Positions 1 through 12,800 of a DNA stretch of 64,000 nt are shown one piece after another. The DNA is from Azolla caroliniana. Taxonomy: Eukaryota > Plantae > Polypodiophyta. The notes under the pieces were generated by a model that was not told where the DNA came from, made no database searches, and was given only the letters and a program-made list of their open reading frames with translations. The DNA lies in assembly GCA_043228905.1 (NCBI GenBank), contig JBHGNT010000008.1:4588001-4652000 (forward strand), given 5' to 3'. Each line of letters opens with the position of its first letter. Position 1 is the stretch's first letter. The translations under genes and the position numbers were made by a program.

Positions 1-33
1 GCGTTGCGCACACTGAAGGTGCTCCTCGGTAGG

Positions 34-3000
34 TCACGCCATGAACTGACTGATCACTCCGACCGGATAACTAAGGTCGGGTCGGGTGATGGTCAAGTAT
101 ATGAGGCTTTCGACAATTTGTCGGAACCTCGTCGGGTCGCATACCTTTCCCGTATCGGGTCGAAGCTTGACGGTTCTGTCTAGAGGAGTCGAGACTGACT
201 TACAGTCGGCCATCCCGAATTTGAAGAGCATACTCAGCACGTAGTGACGTTGGTTGATCAATATGCCTTTGGAGGTACAGATCACTTCGATCCCGAGGAA
301 GAAATGAAGGTCCCCTAGATCCTTCATGTCGAACGATGCCGCAAGCTGGAACTTCACGCGGTCAATTTCACGTAGGTCGGTGCCGGTGATGACCAAGTCA
401 TCAACACATAGTAAAATACTAACCGGTCCGAGTCGACCTTTCCGGATGAACAGGGAAGAGTCCGATTTTGACGTGACGAAGCCCATCCGACGCAGTTGTT
501 GCGTGATCTTCGCGTTCCAGGCACACGAGGCTTGCTTCAGTCCGTAAAGGGACTTCTTCAGTCGGCATACTGCCGAGGAGTTCGTTCCGGAGTGAAAATC
601 GGGGGGTTGTACCATGTACACCTGTTCCTCAAGGTCACCTTGCAGGAACGCATTCTTTACATCCATCTGATGTAAGTGCCACCCCTTCACCGCAGCTACT
701 GCGAACAAAACACGGACGGTCATCATTTTCGTGACCGGCGCAAACGTCTCATCGTAGTCGATGCCGTGTTTTTGCGCGTATCCCTTTGCAACTAGCCGAG
801 CTTTGTACCGGTTGACCATGCCATCGGTGTTATACTTGACCTTGTACACCCACCTACACCCGATCGGTTTTACCCCTCTTGGTGCGTCAACCAGGTCCCA
901 GGTCTCGTTCTCCGCCAATGCGTGCATCTCTTCCTCCATCGCGGCACGCCAATTCGCGTCTTTAGCCGCTTCTGTGTAGCTCTCCGGCTCACGCACTTCC
1001 GCTACAGGGGTCATGTACGCATAATGATGCGCCATGTACTCGTTGTATCCGAACCGCAAAACAGGGTTCTTCTGGCGGGTAGATCGGCGTAATCTCACAT
1101 TAGCCGATGTCAAGGCCTTCTCGGTCGATGCGGTCTTCACCTTTAAAGACCCGTCACCGGTTCCCTCGGAGTCGGACTCGCGTCGTTCTGACTCGTTCCT
1201 ATCCGTGCCGGAATCCGACACCTTTTTCTTCCCTTTCTCTTTGCGCGTAAGCCATCTCCTCGGCTTCCTGCGCGGGGAATGCACGGCCGAGTCTCCACTA
1301 CTCGCCGGCTCTTCATTGGACTGGTCATACCGACTCAGTCATCTAATCGGTCCATTTAAACGGAGTGAAATCGGACTCTCTTCGCGGGTCTCGATTTCGG
1401 GCTCATCCGGAGGCATCTCGGCCTCGCTAACCTCATCGTTAGAGCTCGGATTGGAGCCGGGGTTCGGAGTCGGGGGCTGGTACCAGGACGCGGACTCGTC
1501 AAACACAACGTCGCGGCTAACACGCGCTTGTTTGGTGTGAGGGTTATAGCACTTATAACCCTTCTACTCGTCCGAGTAACCGACCAAGATGCATTTCTCG
1601 ACCTTTGCGTCCAGCTTCCTCCTTTTCTCCTTCGGTACATGCACATACGCAATGCTACCGAACACCCTCAAGTGTCGCAAGTTCGGCTTCGTTCCGAAGT
1701 ACAACTCGTGCGCCGACACTTTGTCTCCGATCCGGTTCTGGATGTATACCGCGGTTCTTACCGCCTCGGCCCAGTAGAACTTGGGCAAGCTGTTCTCCTC
1801 CAACATTGCCCGTGCCGCTTCCACAACTGACCGATTCTTCCTCTCGGCCACGCCGTTCTGCTCTGGCGTGTATCTACAACTGAATTCGCGCTGAATTCCC
1901 ATTTGTTGTAGATAACTGTTGAATTCACCAGAAAAGTACTCTTTCCTGCCATCCGACCGCAGGCACTTGATCTTTCGTCCCGTTTCCGTTTCCACGAACC
2001 CTTTGAGGTCCCGGAAACAGTCGAAGACTTCGCTCTTCCTCTCAATGAGGTAGATCCATGTGTGCCGCGTGTGGTCGTCAATGAAGGAGACGAAATATTA
2101 GCTCCCGCCAAGACTAACGTTTTGTGCCGGCCCCCACACATCGGAGTGTATAAGGTCGAGCTTGTTCCGGCTCCGGTTTTGCTCGTTGGGGAAAGGAAGT
2201 CGGTGTTGCTTCCCGAGCTGGCAGGCTTCACAAATTTGTGCCTTTCGGCCACTAAATTTGGGCAATCCGAACACTACCTGTTTCGATTGCAGATCTTGAA
2301 GCTGCTGGTAGTTGACGTGGCCTATCCGCTTGTGCCACAAGTAGATGTCCGACTCGGTTTTTCTTCCCTTCGCGAACATTGCGGTGCCGCCGTTAGTGGA
2401 GTCGAGGATGAACATCCTCCCGTCTCTGCGCCCTTGCACAATCACACGGCCTTCTTCCTCAATGAAGCACCCGAGGTGTGTAAACCGAACCTCCATCCCT
2501 TGGTCGACGATCTGTCCGACCGAGACCAAGTTCTTCGTGATTGTCGGAACGTGCAGCACGGTCATGAGTTTCCCTTTCTGCCCAACATGGCTAAGGGGAA
2601 CTTCTCCGACATTCGCGATCGGATGCGGAGTGTCGTCTCCAGTTGCGACTACTCCAGGTTGTATCAGTTTTCCAAGGTACGAGAACCACTCCTTATGGCT
2701 CGTCATGTGCTTTAACGCGCCGGAGTCTACATACCACACCTCGTCTGATCTCGGGGTGGTCTGTTTCATTGAGTTTGCTTCGTGTCTCGTCACGAAGGCA
2801 GACCCTTCTCCGGCTCTCCCGGAGTCTTCGGTGTAGTGCGATCGCTGCCGATTTCCCTTGTTGGTATGTCTGGAGCCGTTTCCGGAACCGGTTCTCTCCG
2901 AATCGGCGCGCTTCTTCCAGCACTCACTTTCCCTATGGCCTTTCTTGCCACAGTACTAGCACTCCGCGATGGCCTTCCCTTGCCAGTCCTCATCGCTTCG

Positions 3001-3738
3001 ACTCCCCCTATTTCCGGAGGGTCCGGAGTTGCTGTCGGCATCACTTCGGTGCCTTCTTCCTTGATTTCGTCAGCCACCTCCATTGCGCGCCGACTCGCCT
3101 CGTCCACGGGGCCTATCTCCCCCCGTGTACAGCATTCTACTATCGGTGTGCGTGCTTGTAGACGCACCCGCGTGGTTCTCCTCTACCAGGAGCATTGACT
3201 GTAAATCGAAAAAGAATGGCGTATTCTCCCGGGTACACACAGCCGTTCGGAACGCTCCGAACTTCGACGCCAAACCTCTGAGACAGATCTGGACCATCTC
3301 GCTCTCCTTGATGTTCACCTCTATGGAGGCGAGGGAGTCAAAGATATCCTTGATCTTCGAGGTATAGTCTGCCACCGACAAGTCGCGTTGTCGTAGGTTG
3401 CTCAACTCCTCTCGGGGCTGAAGCTTCCTGGATCTGGTGCTCGCGGCGAAAATCTTCTTCAAATTTTCCCACGCACCCTTCGGCGTCTTTGCATCCCGAA
3501 CATAGCTCAACAACTGCTCGCCCACACACGACGCGAAGCAGTATAATACCCTGCTCGCCGATTGCTCCCACAACGGGAAGTCTCTGTGTGTCGATTCGGG
3601 TGCCGCGTCATTAGCTCCTTCGACATAACTCCAATAGCTGTGCCCGAGCAGGTACTGGTGCATCTTGTAGGACCAAGACGCGTAGTTGGTTCTGTCGAGC
3701 TTCTCTATTGGAAGTGAGCTCGCCATGCCTCTATCCAT
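34..3738 (-). pseudogene. Copia gag-pol polyprotein, frameshifted and stop-interrupted
   Basis: Gag, PR, IN and RT motifs are spread over several reading frames in the ORF track. Confidence 0.9.
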
Positions 3739-3810
3739 CGTTCTTCTTGTTCTTCTTCGTCAAGCTGTGTCGGCTGCAAAGAGGTTCTCAACCCTTGCGC
3801 TCTGATACCA

Positions 3811-4214
3811 TGTAAAAAGTAACATGCGGAAGCAAGTATGAAGACCGAACAGAAGGAAGAAAACTCAGGTTTAATGGAGAGCTTGAGCTTACGCAGTATA
3901 CGCGGGAGAGACAGAGAGAGTGAGAGAGAAAATACAAGAACTATATTCAACAACACTCAATCTCGATACAACGCTCTATACATATGTGTGTTCCATGAAC
4001 ACTTTTATACAAGTCCTCGAAGGACTGACTGAAGTACTGACCGTACTTCAATGCTCTTTAAGAGCTCCTACACTAACTCCCAAATATATTCCTCACGGAA
4101 TATCTTTCCTAACGGCCTCCCGGTTTACACACTCGACCTAACTGATCGGTCCCAACCGATCCGGTCCTCGGCTTCTTCAGCCGATCTGGCCGATGTTGAG
4201 CTTGTCTCTCAACA
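3811..4214 (-). repeat. 5' LTR of the Copia element
   Basis: Starts tgtaaaaag directly next to the PBS and ends tctcaaca, where Gypsy gag sequence resumes. Confidence 0.75.
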
Positions 4215-5513
4215 CTCGTTTTGGATCTCCATGATGCGCTCGTGGATCCCTGGTTCCACCACACATTTGAAGCTAGAAATTTGTTTGAGATTATTGACGT
4301 CCCTTTGTTGCATCTCGTTCTGATAGGTAGCAAGAAAATCCGTGATGTTCTTGCCACGAAATCATCCAACTATCTCGATCGTACGATCAACAGCTTTGTC
4401 AATTAAAGCTTCTCGATCTCTCACCTTCAGCATGTATTCCACTACCGGCAACATGCCTTTCATTAATTCCTCTCCTTGAGTTCCGCTTGTGGAAGCCATC
4501 GTTCCACTTGATATCCTCCCTACCGCCTCTTTCACGTCGGGTTCACCGCTTAATTATGTCGTGAAAATCCGTCACTATGTGCGGATCGTGAGACGGAACC
4601 GTCCGGGTTCTGGACTAGAAGGATTTAGTGCAACACGTACAACACAAGCAAGTTTTAAGCATAAGACAAGTGGGAGAGACAAATCATTAGTTTATTGCAA
4701 AGAAAATCGATTCTTTATAATTTTAGAATCGTGTTACAATGGGTTGGGTATGGAAATGAGAGATTAATTTTTCAAAGAAAGGAGCCAACAACCATGCAAG
4801 GAGTGGTCTGATATGAATACCAGAGATAATTTTTGACAAGAAAGATCAAGTAAAACAAAGCTAGGAATTTGATATCAATATGTGAGATTATTTGTTTCTC
4901 GAATTCGAAAGGGAAGAAGAAGGAAGAAAAAAAAACTAGGAGGGAAGAAAATGGGACATATCTCCAGCTCTTTGTTGATCCCCCTCCCCAATGTTACTTT
5001 GCATGCCCACTTTTAGTTGCATAGCCTCTATTCTTAGTTGCGTGCTTCCATTTTTAGATGCATGCCTTTTACTTTTAGTTGCATGGCCTTGGGTTTTAGT
5101 TGCATGCGACCGTTCGTATAATTTGGCCAAATGACCCAATCATCCATAAAGTTTAGCCCGTGTGCAATCCGTACGTGCGTCGCAACCAAACTGTAGACGC
5201 GTCCGTGCGCAAAAGTCCCAACCGTGTAGTGTACACATCCACGCATACGCATGTCCCGATCGTGTCGTGTACGCATCTGCGCGGAAAAGTCCCAACCGCG
5301 CTGCAGTGTACGCATGCACGCGTCCCGACCGCGCCGTGTAGGCATCCGTGTGCTCGTCCGCACAGACGCGTCCATCCGACGTGTACTCCGAAAACGTCCA
5401 CATTCGAAAACTTTACACTCACATAACTTGATACTTGTTTATCCATTTCATGCGTAGTAAAATACACTATGAAGCTCTTGAAGACATCTATTTATATGAA
5501 AAACCACATGACA
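4215..5513 (-). mobile_element. 5' part (LTR, PBS, gag start) of a tRNA-Trp-primed Gypsy element, interrupted by the Copia
   Basis: The gag-like frame (...RFRGKNITDFLATYQNEMQQRD...) resembles the gag at 31371-32129. PBS ttcacgtcgggttcacc at 4531-4547 matches 32147-32164. LTR runs tgtcgtg (4557) to catgaca (5513). Confidence 0.75.
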
Positions 5514-5909
5514 ACAGTCTTCCATTCGTGTCCCGGTCGGATCCACACGAGGTTATATGCTGCTCATAAGTCGATTTTTGTAAAAAACGTGGCACCATTT
5601 ACATGTTCTACTTAAGTAATTATTTTACTAGTTTTCATATCGTGTGTGAAAAACCACATGACAACAGTCTTCCATTCGTGTCCTAGTCGGATCCACACGA
5701 GGTTATATGCTGCTCATAAGTCGATTTTTGTAAACAACATGGCACCATTTACACGTTCTACTTAAATAATTATTTTACTAGTTTTCATATCGTGTGTGAA
5801 AAACCACATGACAACAGTCTTCCATTCGTGTCCCGGTCGGATCCACACGAGGTTATATGCTGCTCATAAGTCGATTTTTGTAAAAACGTGGCACCATTTA
5901 CACGTTCTA
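5499..5909. repeat. Tandem triplication, about 150-bp unit, spanning an LTR end and RT target
   Basis: aaaaaccacatgacaacagtcttccattcgtg...catttacacgttcta recurs at about 5499, 5649 and 5799. Confidence 0.9.
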
Positions 5910-6166
5910 AAAGACTTGATATAAGGGGAAGTGCATACCTATTCCTGATGGTGACCTTATTCAAGCTGCGGTAATCAACGAAGAGACAAAGGGATCCATC
6001 TTTCTTCTTGACAAAGAAAATGGGTGCACCGGCCGAAGATTTTGAATGACGAATAAACCCGCTTGCCAAATTCTCCTCTATGTAGGCTAGAAGGACTTCC
6101 AACTCGGTTGGTGAAAAGTTGTAAATCGGTCCCCACGGTGGCTCTTTTCCTAGTTGTAAATCGATG
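5514..6166 (-). pseudogene. Chromovirus (Tcn1-like) Gypsy RT fragment
   Basis: Translates to IDLQLGKEPPWGPIY, GFIRHSKSSAGAPIFFVKKKDGSL, DYRSLNKVTIRNRY and EWKT. Confidence 0.85.
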
Positions 6167-6169
6167 GGA

Positions 6170-7789
6170 CAATCATAGGGACGATGATGAGGAAGAGTAC
6201 CGGCTTTTAACTTGTCAAATACATCGGCAAAAGGATTATATTTGGCGGGAAGTTGAACTAAGGATTCTTTCTTAATAGTGTTGGAAGAAGTATTGATATT
6301 GCAAAGGGCGAAAATTTCCGATGCTTATCACCAGTTGCAAACAGAGGACATTGCCGCCAGGGAACGACAACGGGACGCTTGGAGATAGGAAATTGACGAA
6401 ACTGTAACTCAGCTCACCAAACATTACGAGCAAAAACAATCTCGCTCGTAATCGCAAAAGCAAAAGATAACCAAACTACTCTAGCGCTCCTCGTCCGCAA
6501 ATGCCAAGAAGATGCCAAGGCCGCAAGGGAGGAAGTGGAAGTTCACCGAGCTAGCATCGGCATGGACGATACTAAAATAAAGATCATGATCAACAAGTAT
6601 CGCCAGCAATTCACCAAGAAGATTGAGGAAACGCTCGATCATGTATGGCAGGAATGGTCAGCCCAAGCCGCTGAACTACACATATTACGCGCGGATGCCG
6701 AGAACTGAAGGAAGGAGGGCCGAGGGTTTTACAAGATGGATGACACCAACATCCAAACCCTCCGTGAAGACTTGACTGAGGAATATCATACCTTAGCAGC
6801 ATCCCACGCCGCGACCATCGAGCAACTTCTAGAGGAATTCAACGACGATCAAATGATGTTCCGTTTAGAAGCTGAAGCTTACGAGGAGGAACGCCTAGCT
6901 ACTGTGACTAACAGAGCACCCACGACCGATGAGCACGAACCCGAGCCACCCACCACGGAAGCCAGATAGGAGGAACCCGCCCCTACAGATCCCCACATCA
7001 CAACCGAGCCACAAACTACGACCACGACCCTGCCTGAATCGAAACCAACAGAGGGCGGCACACGCTAAGACACAGCCATCCCCGACTCGGCAGCAAAACA
7101 CCCATCACCAACCCCACGCCCCCGAGGATATCCTCGGCATATTAGAAGAGGATTAAAACAAACCCACAAGCCCCTTGTATAAATGGGTAACTTTTGTAAA
7201 CTTTTTCGTTTTTGCAAAATCCGTGGTTATCCCTCCACATTGTCAATCGTGGGTCCGACGGACAAAGTCCTGTCCCACAGGCGTGCCAGGTGTTGTCCAT
7301 AGGCCAGAAATATAAATACATAATATGTAAACTCGCCGGTAGGTTGAAAAGTAGGTGAGGAAATAGGTAGAACTAGAATAAGTCGAGTTTTTAGCCCTCA
7401 CAATCAGCCGATGGCTCAGCTCTGTCTAAAGAAGAGAACTATATAAACCAAGATCTACATACCTCGAAGGGGGGATATCTAGATTATTTAGCAAGGTTAA
7501 TATCGTAGCACTGAGCTCTGCACAAACTGTTTCCGGCCGAGAGCCGTGTATTGTAATCATTGTGAGCTTTCTCATTTAATATAAGGCTCGCTCTTATTGT
7601 TCCTTCATGTGTGTATTCTCCCCATACTCGTAAACCGAGCTACATCTATGTCTAACGGGTTGTAGCCCGTGTACGCTCCTCGTTCCCATAACGTCTTCTC
7701 AGTGTAGAAGAGGCTTCCACGTAACACAACCCCTTGATACCAATAGCTTGTGGGCTCATCGAAGGTGTTTCCCCCAGAAACGGTTAACA
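6170..7789 (+). mobile_element. Probable 3' region of an LTR element: decayed coiled-coil/acidic ORF plus LTR-like segment 7241-7789
   Basis: Stop-interrupted helical ORF at about 6470-7156. The segment has imperfect inverted ends (tgtcaatcgt / acggttaaca) and internal TATA-like and polyA-like signals. No clear PPT or TSD. Confidence 0.4.
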
Positions 7790-8014
7790 CATAACATATT
7801 TTTTTGACATCAAATCCAATTTGCTTATCTGATGTCACCAAGTTAAATCTAGCCAAACGAATTCTTTGTGGGATTCTTCTAATATGCATAGGGCTTCCAG
7901 ATTTCTCTTCTTGCATAGAAGTTGGTGTCACCTTGTTACTATCCAATTCTTTGTTGTGACCATCGCCCATGATATTTGATGTTTGATTGGCACTACCTTC
8001 ATTCTCCGTATCTT

Positions 8015-8232
8015 TATTAATATCGTATTCTTCAATAGAGAACTCTTCACATGTGTTGTGGGTGAAGATGACCTCAGACAATATTCTTCGATAGAAAATG
8101 GTGAGTCTGTCGACAGACAATATTCCTCGATAGAAAATGGTGAGTCTGTCGACAGACAATACTCTTCAGTAGAAAATGAAGAGTCTAATGACAAACAATA
8201 TTCTTCAATCGAGAACTGTGAGTCTTCACTCA
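8015..8232. repeat. 39-bp coding-type tandem repeat (FSIEEYCLSTDSP)
   Basis: caatattcttcgatagaaaatggtgagtctgtcgacaga occurs about 4 times, plus a displaced partial copy. Confidence 0.85.
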
Positions 8233-9865
8233 TGGCTTAAGGTCCACATAGAGCTCTTTAAGTTATGTGCTTAGGCTAACATAAAAAACTGATAAGCTCC
8301 TCTCTAAACATAAACTCCTCTCTAAACAGAAGCTCCCTCAATATAATGTCTATATTATTTAATATTATATTAATACAATAAATAAAGATATTATTTTTAA
8401 TATAATAATTGTATTCAACATATTACTTAAACTAGTTTGTATAAAGTTAAATCAAGTAAAATATAATTACAATCATTACCAAGCCACATATATGTTGATT
8501 TAAAGTTAAAATCATTGCTTAATTAATGGCACCCATATTTAATATAGAACTTCTCGGTCATTGGTTCATTCATGCCCACCATTTTAAATATAAGACTTTT
8601 CAAATCATTGGTTCAATCATGGCCACATCTTTACTATAAAGCATTTAAGAGTCATAAAAATGTTGCTTTGAGTATTCAATCATTGGTTCATTCATGAACA
8701 TCTATCATTGCTTCCTTCATGACCTTCAAAGTCATTGTATGTTAGTTTGACTATAAAATAATCATTAATATGTTAGTTTGAGTATTTAATCATTGATGCT
8801 TTATTAGAGAGTGATTGGTACACTCATGATTAGGTACTAAATAAAGTAACTTTGGTTAAAGTTATTGTGGTTACTAACTAACTAACCTTAAGGTTGCCAA
8901 CCCTGGTTAAAGTGATTGTGGTTACTTTAACCATTGTGGTTAATCCCTATAAATAGGAAGACCTCCTCATATTTCAATCACACGAAGCACACGTTGTTGT
9001 AGTGTATTTCGTACACTACGTGAAAATAATATAAAATAACCGATTGAATAAATATGAAAAAAAGAAAAGAAGAAAATATCAAAATAAGCATTACATGCAT
9101 AGGGCAAGATTCAAACCTTGCACCTCCATGTTAATAATGTAATGTCTTGCCATTGCACTAGCATTTCATTAGTGTTAAAAAGTAGATGTTCCACATAGAA
9201 AGGTTAGTTCACCTAGGATAAACTTTAGTTAAAAGAAAACGCATGCTAAAAGAAAAAGCTACGCATGCACATCTAGCGTGCATGAACGCTATAGTTGATA
9301 AAAAACGCACAAGTTAGAAAAAGCATGATCACTTTAGATAAAGCATATAGTCTATCTATAGGAAAAGCATGGAGTCTATAGTTAGAGAAGAAAAAGCATG
9401 GATTGCTAAGACTCCCTCATCACTACATAAGGATGGGGAGCACAATGTAATGGGGGGGGTGTGAAATATTTGGGAAATTGGATATATTTCCTAAAACACC
9501 TATAATTAATAAATTATATTCGGGGGATTCACGAAGGTTTCCATATCTCTCGCTTCCAATCTATGATAAATTGTAATTAGGATTCTAAATATTGATTAAT
9601 CTAATACATTATACTTGTGGGATTCACAAGTTTCTATCTCTCTTTCTAATAATCTATCCATAACTATAAACTTGTCTCAAATTTTTCCTCCTCCTAGTCC
9701 AAAACCCCAGTGGTTCCCACCCGACTCACACAACAATCTGGCGCCGAAAGGCACAACAACGCACAGAACAAAGCACAAGAGCACAAGAGCACACAGAGCA
9801 AACAAAGCACACAGAGCACGAAGCACCAAACTGAGATCTCCCCCTAAGCATCGACAACGTCCACC

Positions 9866-12800
9866 ATGTCTTCAAAGAAAATCAAACGCCAAGACTCTAG
9901 GTAAGCGTTTGACACTCTGGACATTTTTGTAAATATGTTTTAGTACTCAAGAACTCGACACGCCGTATCGAGTTCCTGTATAAAGTCCGTGTTTTATACA
10001 GGAACTTGATACGGCGTATCGAGTTCCTGTATAAAGTCCGTGTTTTATACAGGAACTTGATACGGCGTATCGAGTTCTTGTATAAAGTTCTTGTTTCATA
10101 CAGGAACTTGATACGACGTATCGAGTTCCTATAAAAAGTTTGTGTTTTATACAGGAACTCGATACGCCATATCGAGTTCCTGTGTAAAGTATGTGTTTTA
10201 TAAAGGAACTCGATACGCCGTATCGAGTTACTATTTAAAGTTTATGTTTTGCATAGGAACTCGATATGTCGTATTGAGTTCTTGTGTAAAGTATGTGTAA
10301 CTCAATACCCTATATCGAGTTCCGGTATAAACACTAACTTTATATAGGAACTCGATACGGCGTAAAATTTAAATAGGAATATTGTGTCTTTGGGGGAACA
10401 ATTTAGTATATGTGTGAAAAGATACCAAACTTTCTGTCAAAATCAGACTTTTTTAGTGACATTTGCCATATTTTGTAACAACTAGGGGCCTTACTTAAAA
10501 AGTTTTATGACCTAACCTACGAATTACCTTTATCATACCAAATTTAAGTCTATCATATGCAAATTCTCTACAATAAGGATATTGAATCAATATAAGCCAT
10601 ACCTACCCTTCAAGATGATATATAACCTTGTATACTTATTAAGATATATAATCTTCGAAGTTGAATAGCCCTTACTAGAATGGATTTTCCGAATAAAGGA
10701 CTATCATGTTCACTCAATACATTATTGATATTTATAGTTTACCACAAATCGCTTGCTAGTTTTAGTCTTTGTCTAATTATGTATATTTTATTAAAAAACC
10801 TTAATCTACGTGACCACCTAACTTATGTTTTCGCATGTCCTTTCTTAAATAGGTCGTTTGAGAACTTGTCGAACTGACCTGTGAAGAAGATAAAGCTCTG
10901 GATACATGGCTCTCCAATTGAGACCCAGACCCTAATAGTTCCTGAGAACATGAAGAGAGGAAAAAAGCTTCTCTTCAACGAGGAGACAAAATGTCAACCA
11001 TCCAATGAGGTCAGCCAAAAGAAAATGTTAGCAGCTACTAGTGGTGAGAACCTTCTTGACCGTGACCTAACAGACAAGGAATGGTGTATGCAATACGTCG
11101 ACTCCAAGAAAAAAGTCGTGTTGTATACAGCAAAGAAGAAGGGCAACGATCAGCTTGAAAATGAAACCGCATTTATGTATGGCCGTATTCTAATATTTGA
11201 CTACGAAGATTCAGATTCAGCCAACATACTTGTAATGATTGAGTGCTCTAAGGGAGTACGTAAAGTGTACCTTTCTGAAGATCTACTAATAAAGGAATCT
11301 TGTGGGTCGGAATCTTTTAAAAAAGATCTAGAAAGCTTACAAAACCTTATTGTCACCGTGAGGCCTTACATACAAGGCCATGTAACTCTAAGGGAGCCCT
11401 TGCCCTCCCCCATGAAGGACCCGAAAAGGGCATCTAAAGTGCAATCAAGACCAGCAAAAAAGAAGACCACTAAAATGTCGGACTCCGACTCATCAAGCTC
11501 AAATGAAGATGATGACACTAAGGGGACGCCAGGAGCATCGGGTGTGTTGTCATCCGAGCAGAATAAGATTCGAAGAGAGTTAATGCAACGTAAACTGGTC
11601 AGAAAAGGGCAAGTGTTTAATTTGCTTGTAACACACATCCATCAGCCCCCTATAGATGAAAAACCAGGATGAAGACCACTTGAGATCAGAGAGCCACACC
11701 AAATGCATGTTCAAAAAAAGAAGAAGAAAATGAAAATTAATCCACATGCTACCATTGTGCCTTTCATTGTTATGGTAGATCCTGAAGAATGTGAAACCAT
11801 TGAAGATTTCGACATAAGAAAGCATGATCAATACAATTACTTTACAATTGGTGGATCGCATTCGGCGGAGGCACGTTGGCAATTTGTGAGAGAACATCCA
11901 ACGACTTTCTTCTTCAAGTATGCTGAGTGCAAAATTTACGTGGGCCTCACAACTGAAGAGGCAAAGCTGTTAGCATGGGACCACAATAACGATAATGACT
12001 ATAGGCAGAAAATGTCATCGATTGAGCGTATAAGGTTCTTTCACCACGAGTATTTGGACATCAAACAAAAGTTCGGTGTGAAGCTACATCCAGGCCTATG
12101 ACGTCAATGCTTGCATGAAGTCGGCATTGTGGTGGATAATAATGTTAAGTCCGATGGTCTTCAGAAATATGAGTCCTGGTTTCAACTTGCCTTTAGAGAT
12201 GGAGAAGTATGGGACCTACAAGATCAAATCTTCTCAATGTGGGAAAATAAGGAGGTCAAGGGTCAACGACAAAAGAAATGTAAGGTAGACCCTAAACTAG
12301 AATTAAAGTCACAAGCGGCCAAGAAAATTGATTTGACAATTGAAGAAGCGGTTGATGACATGAAGTTGTCTCTATGGAGAGCGATGCAAGGTATTAAGGA
12401 CGAGCAGCTTCTTGTGTCTATTTTGTCAAGGGTTGTGGCCAAAGATTTAAGCCTTGAAGAAATGGTCACTGAGTTCAATAAGTAAGTATTTCAAATAATG
12501 ATATTGAATTCAATATGGTGCAATTGAAAGTTCTAATCTCGTTTTCTAATTTCACAGTCATAAGGTGTACATGAAGATCCAAGAAGTTATGATGAAACAA
12601 CTTGGATGTATAACGTGGGAACAAGTGACCAAGGATTATCCTCTAACGTCTTCATATAAGGCGTTATCTGAGTATTTTATTGCATTCAAGGATTGGGTTA
12701 GTATTGGTGGTTTTTCATTAAGCTTTCCTCATATGTAGAGGTTGTGTAATAATACTTGATGTCTTATTGCTTCTATTAGAAACCGTGTCGTGGCAAGAAA

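Larger units (their letters stand above)
1..4214 (-). mobile_element. Ty1/Copia LTR retrotransposon, degenerate, 3' end beyond the window start
   Basis: Minus-strand ORF pieces in Copia order: gag (3070-3738), protease WYVDSGA plus GAG-pre-integrase (2098-2793), integrase with TPEQNGVAERKNR (1564-1995), RT with YKARLVAKG and LCVDD (34-1284). Met-i PBS tggtatcagagc at 3799-3810. TG..CA 5' LTR at 3811-4214. Confidence 0.95.

Noticed and set aside
7605-8159. 184-aa ORF as a single gene
   Set aside because: It is chimeric, reading from the repeat-containing ORF across the 7789 boundary into LTR-like sequence.
9949-10365. CRISPR array
   Set aside because: The segments between palindromes are short and near-identical rather than unique spacers. 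There are no cas genes and the context is a eukaryotic intron.
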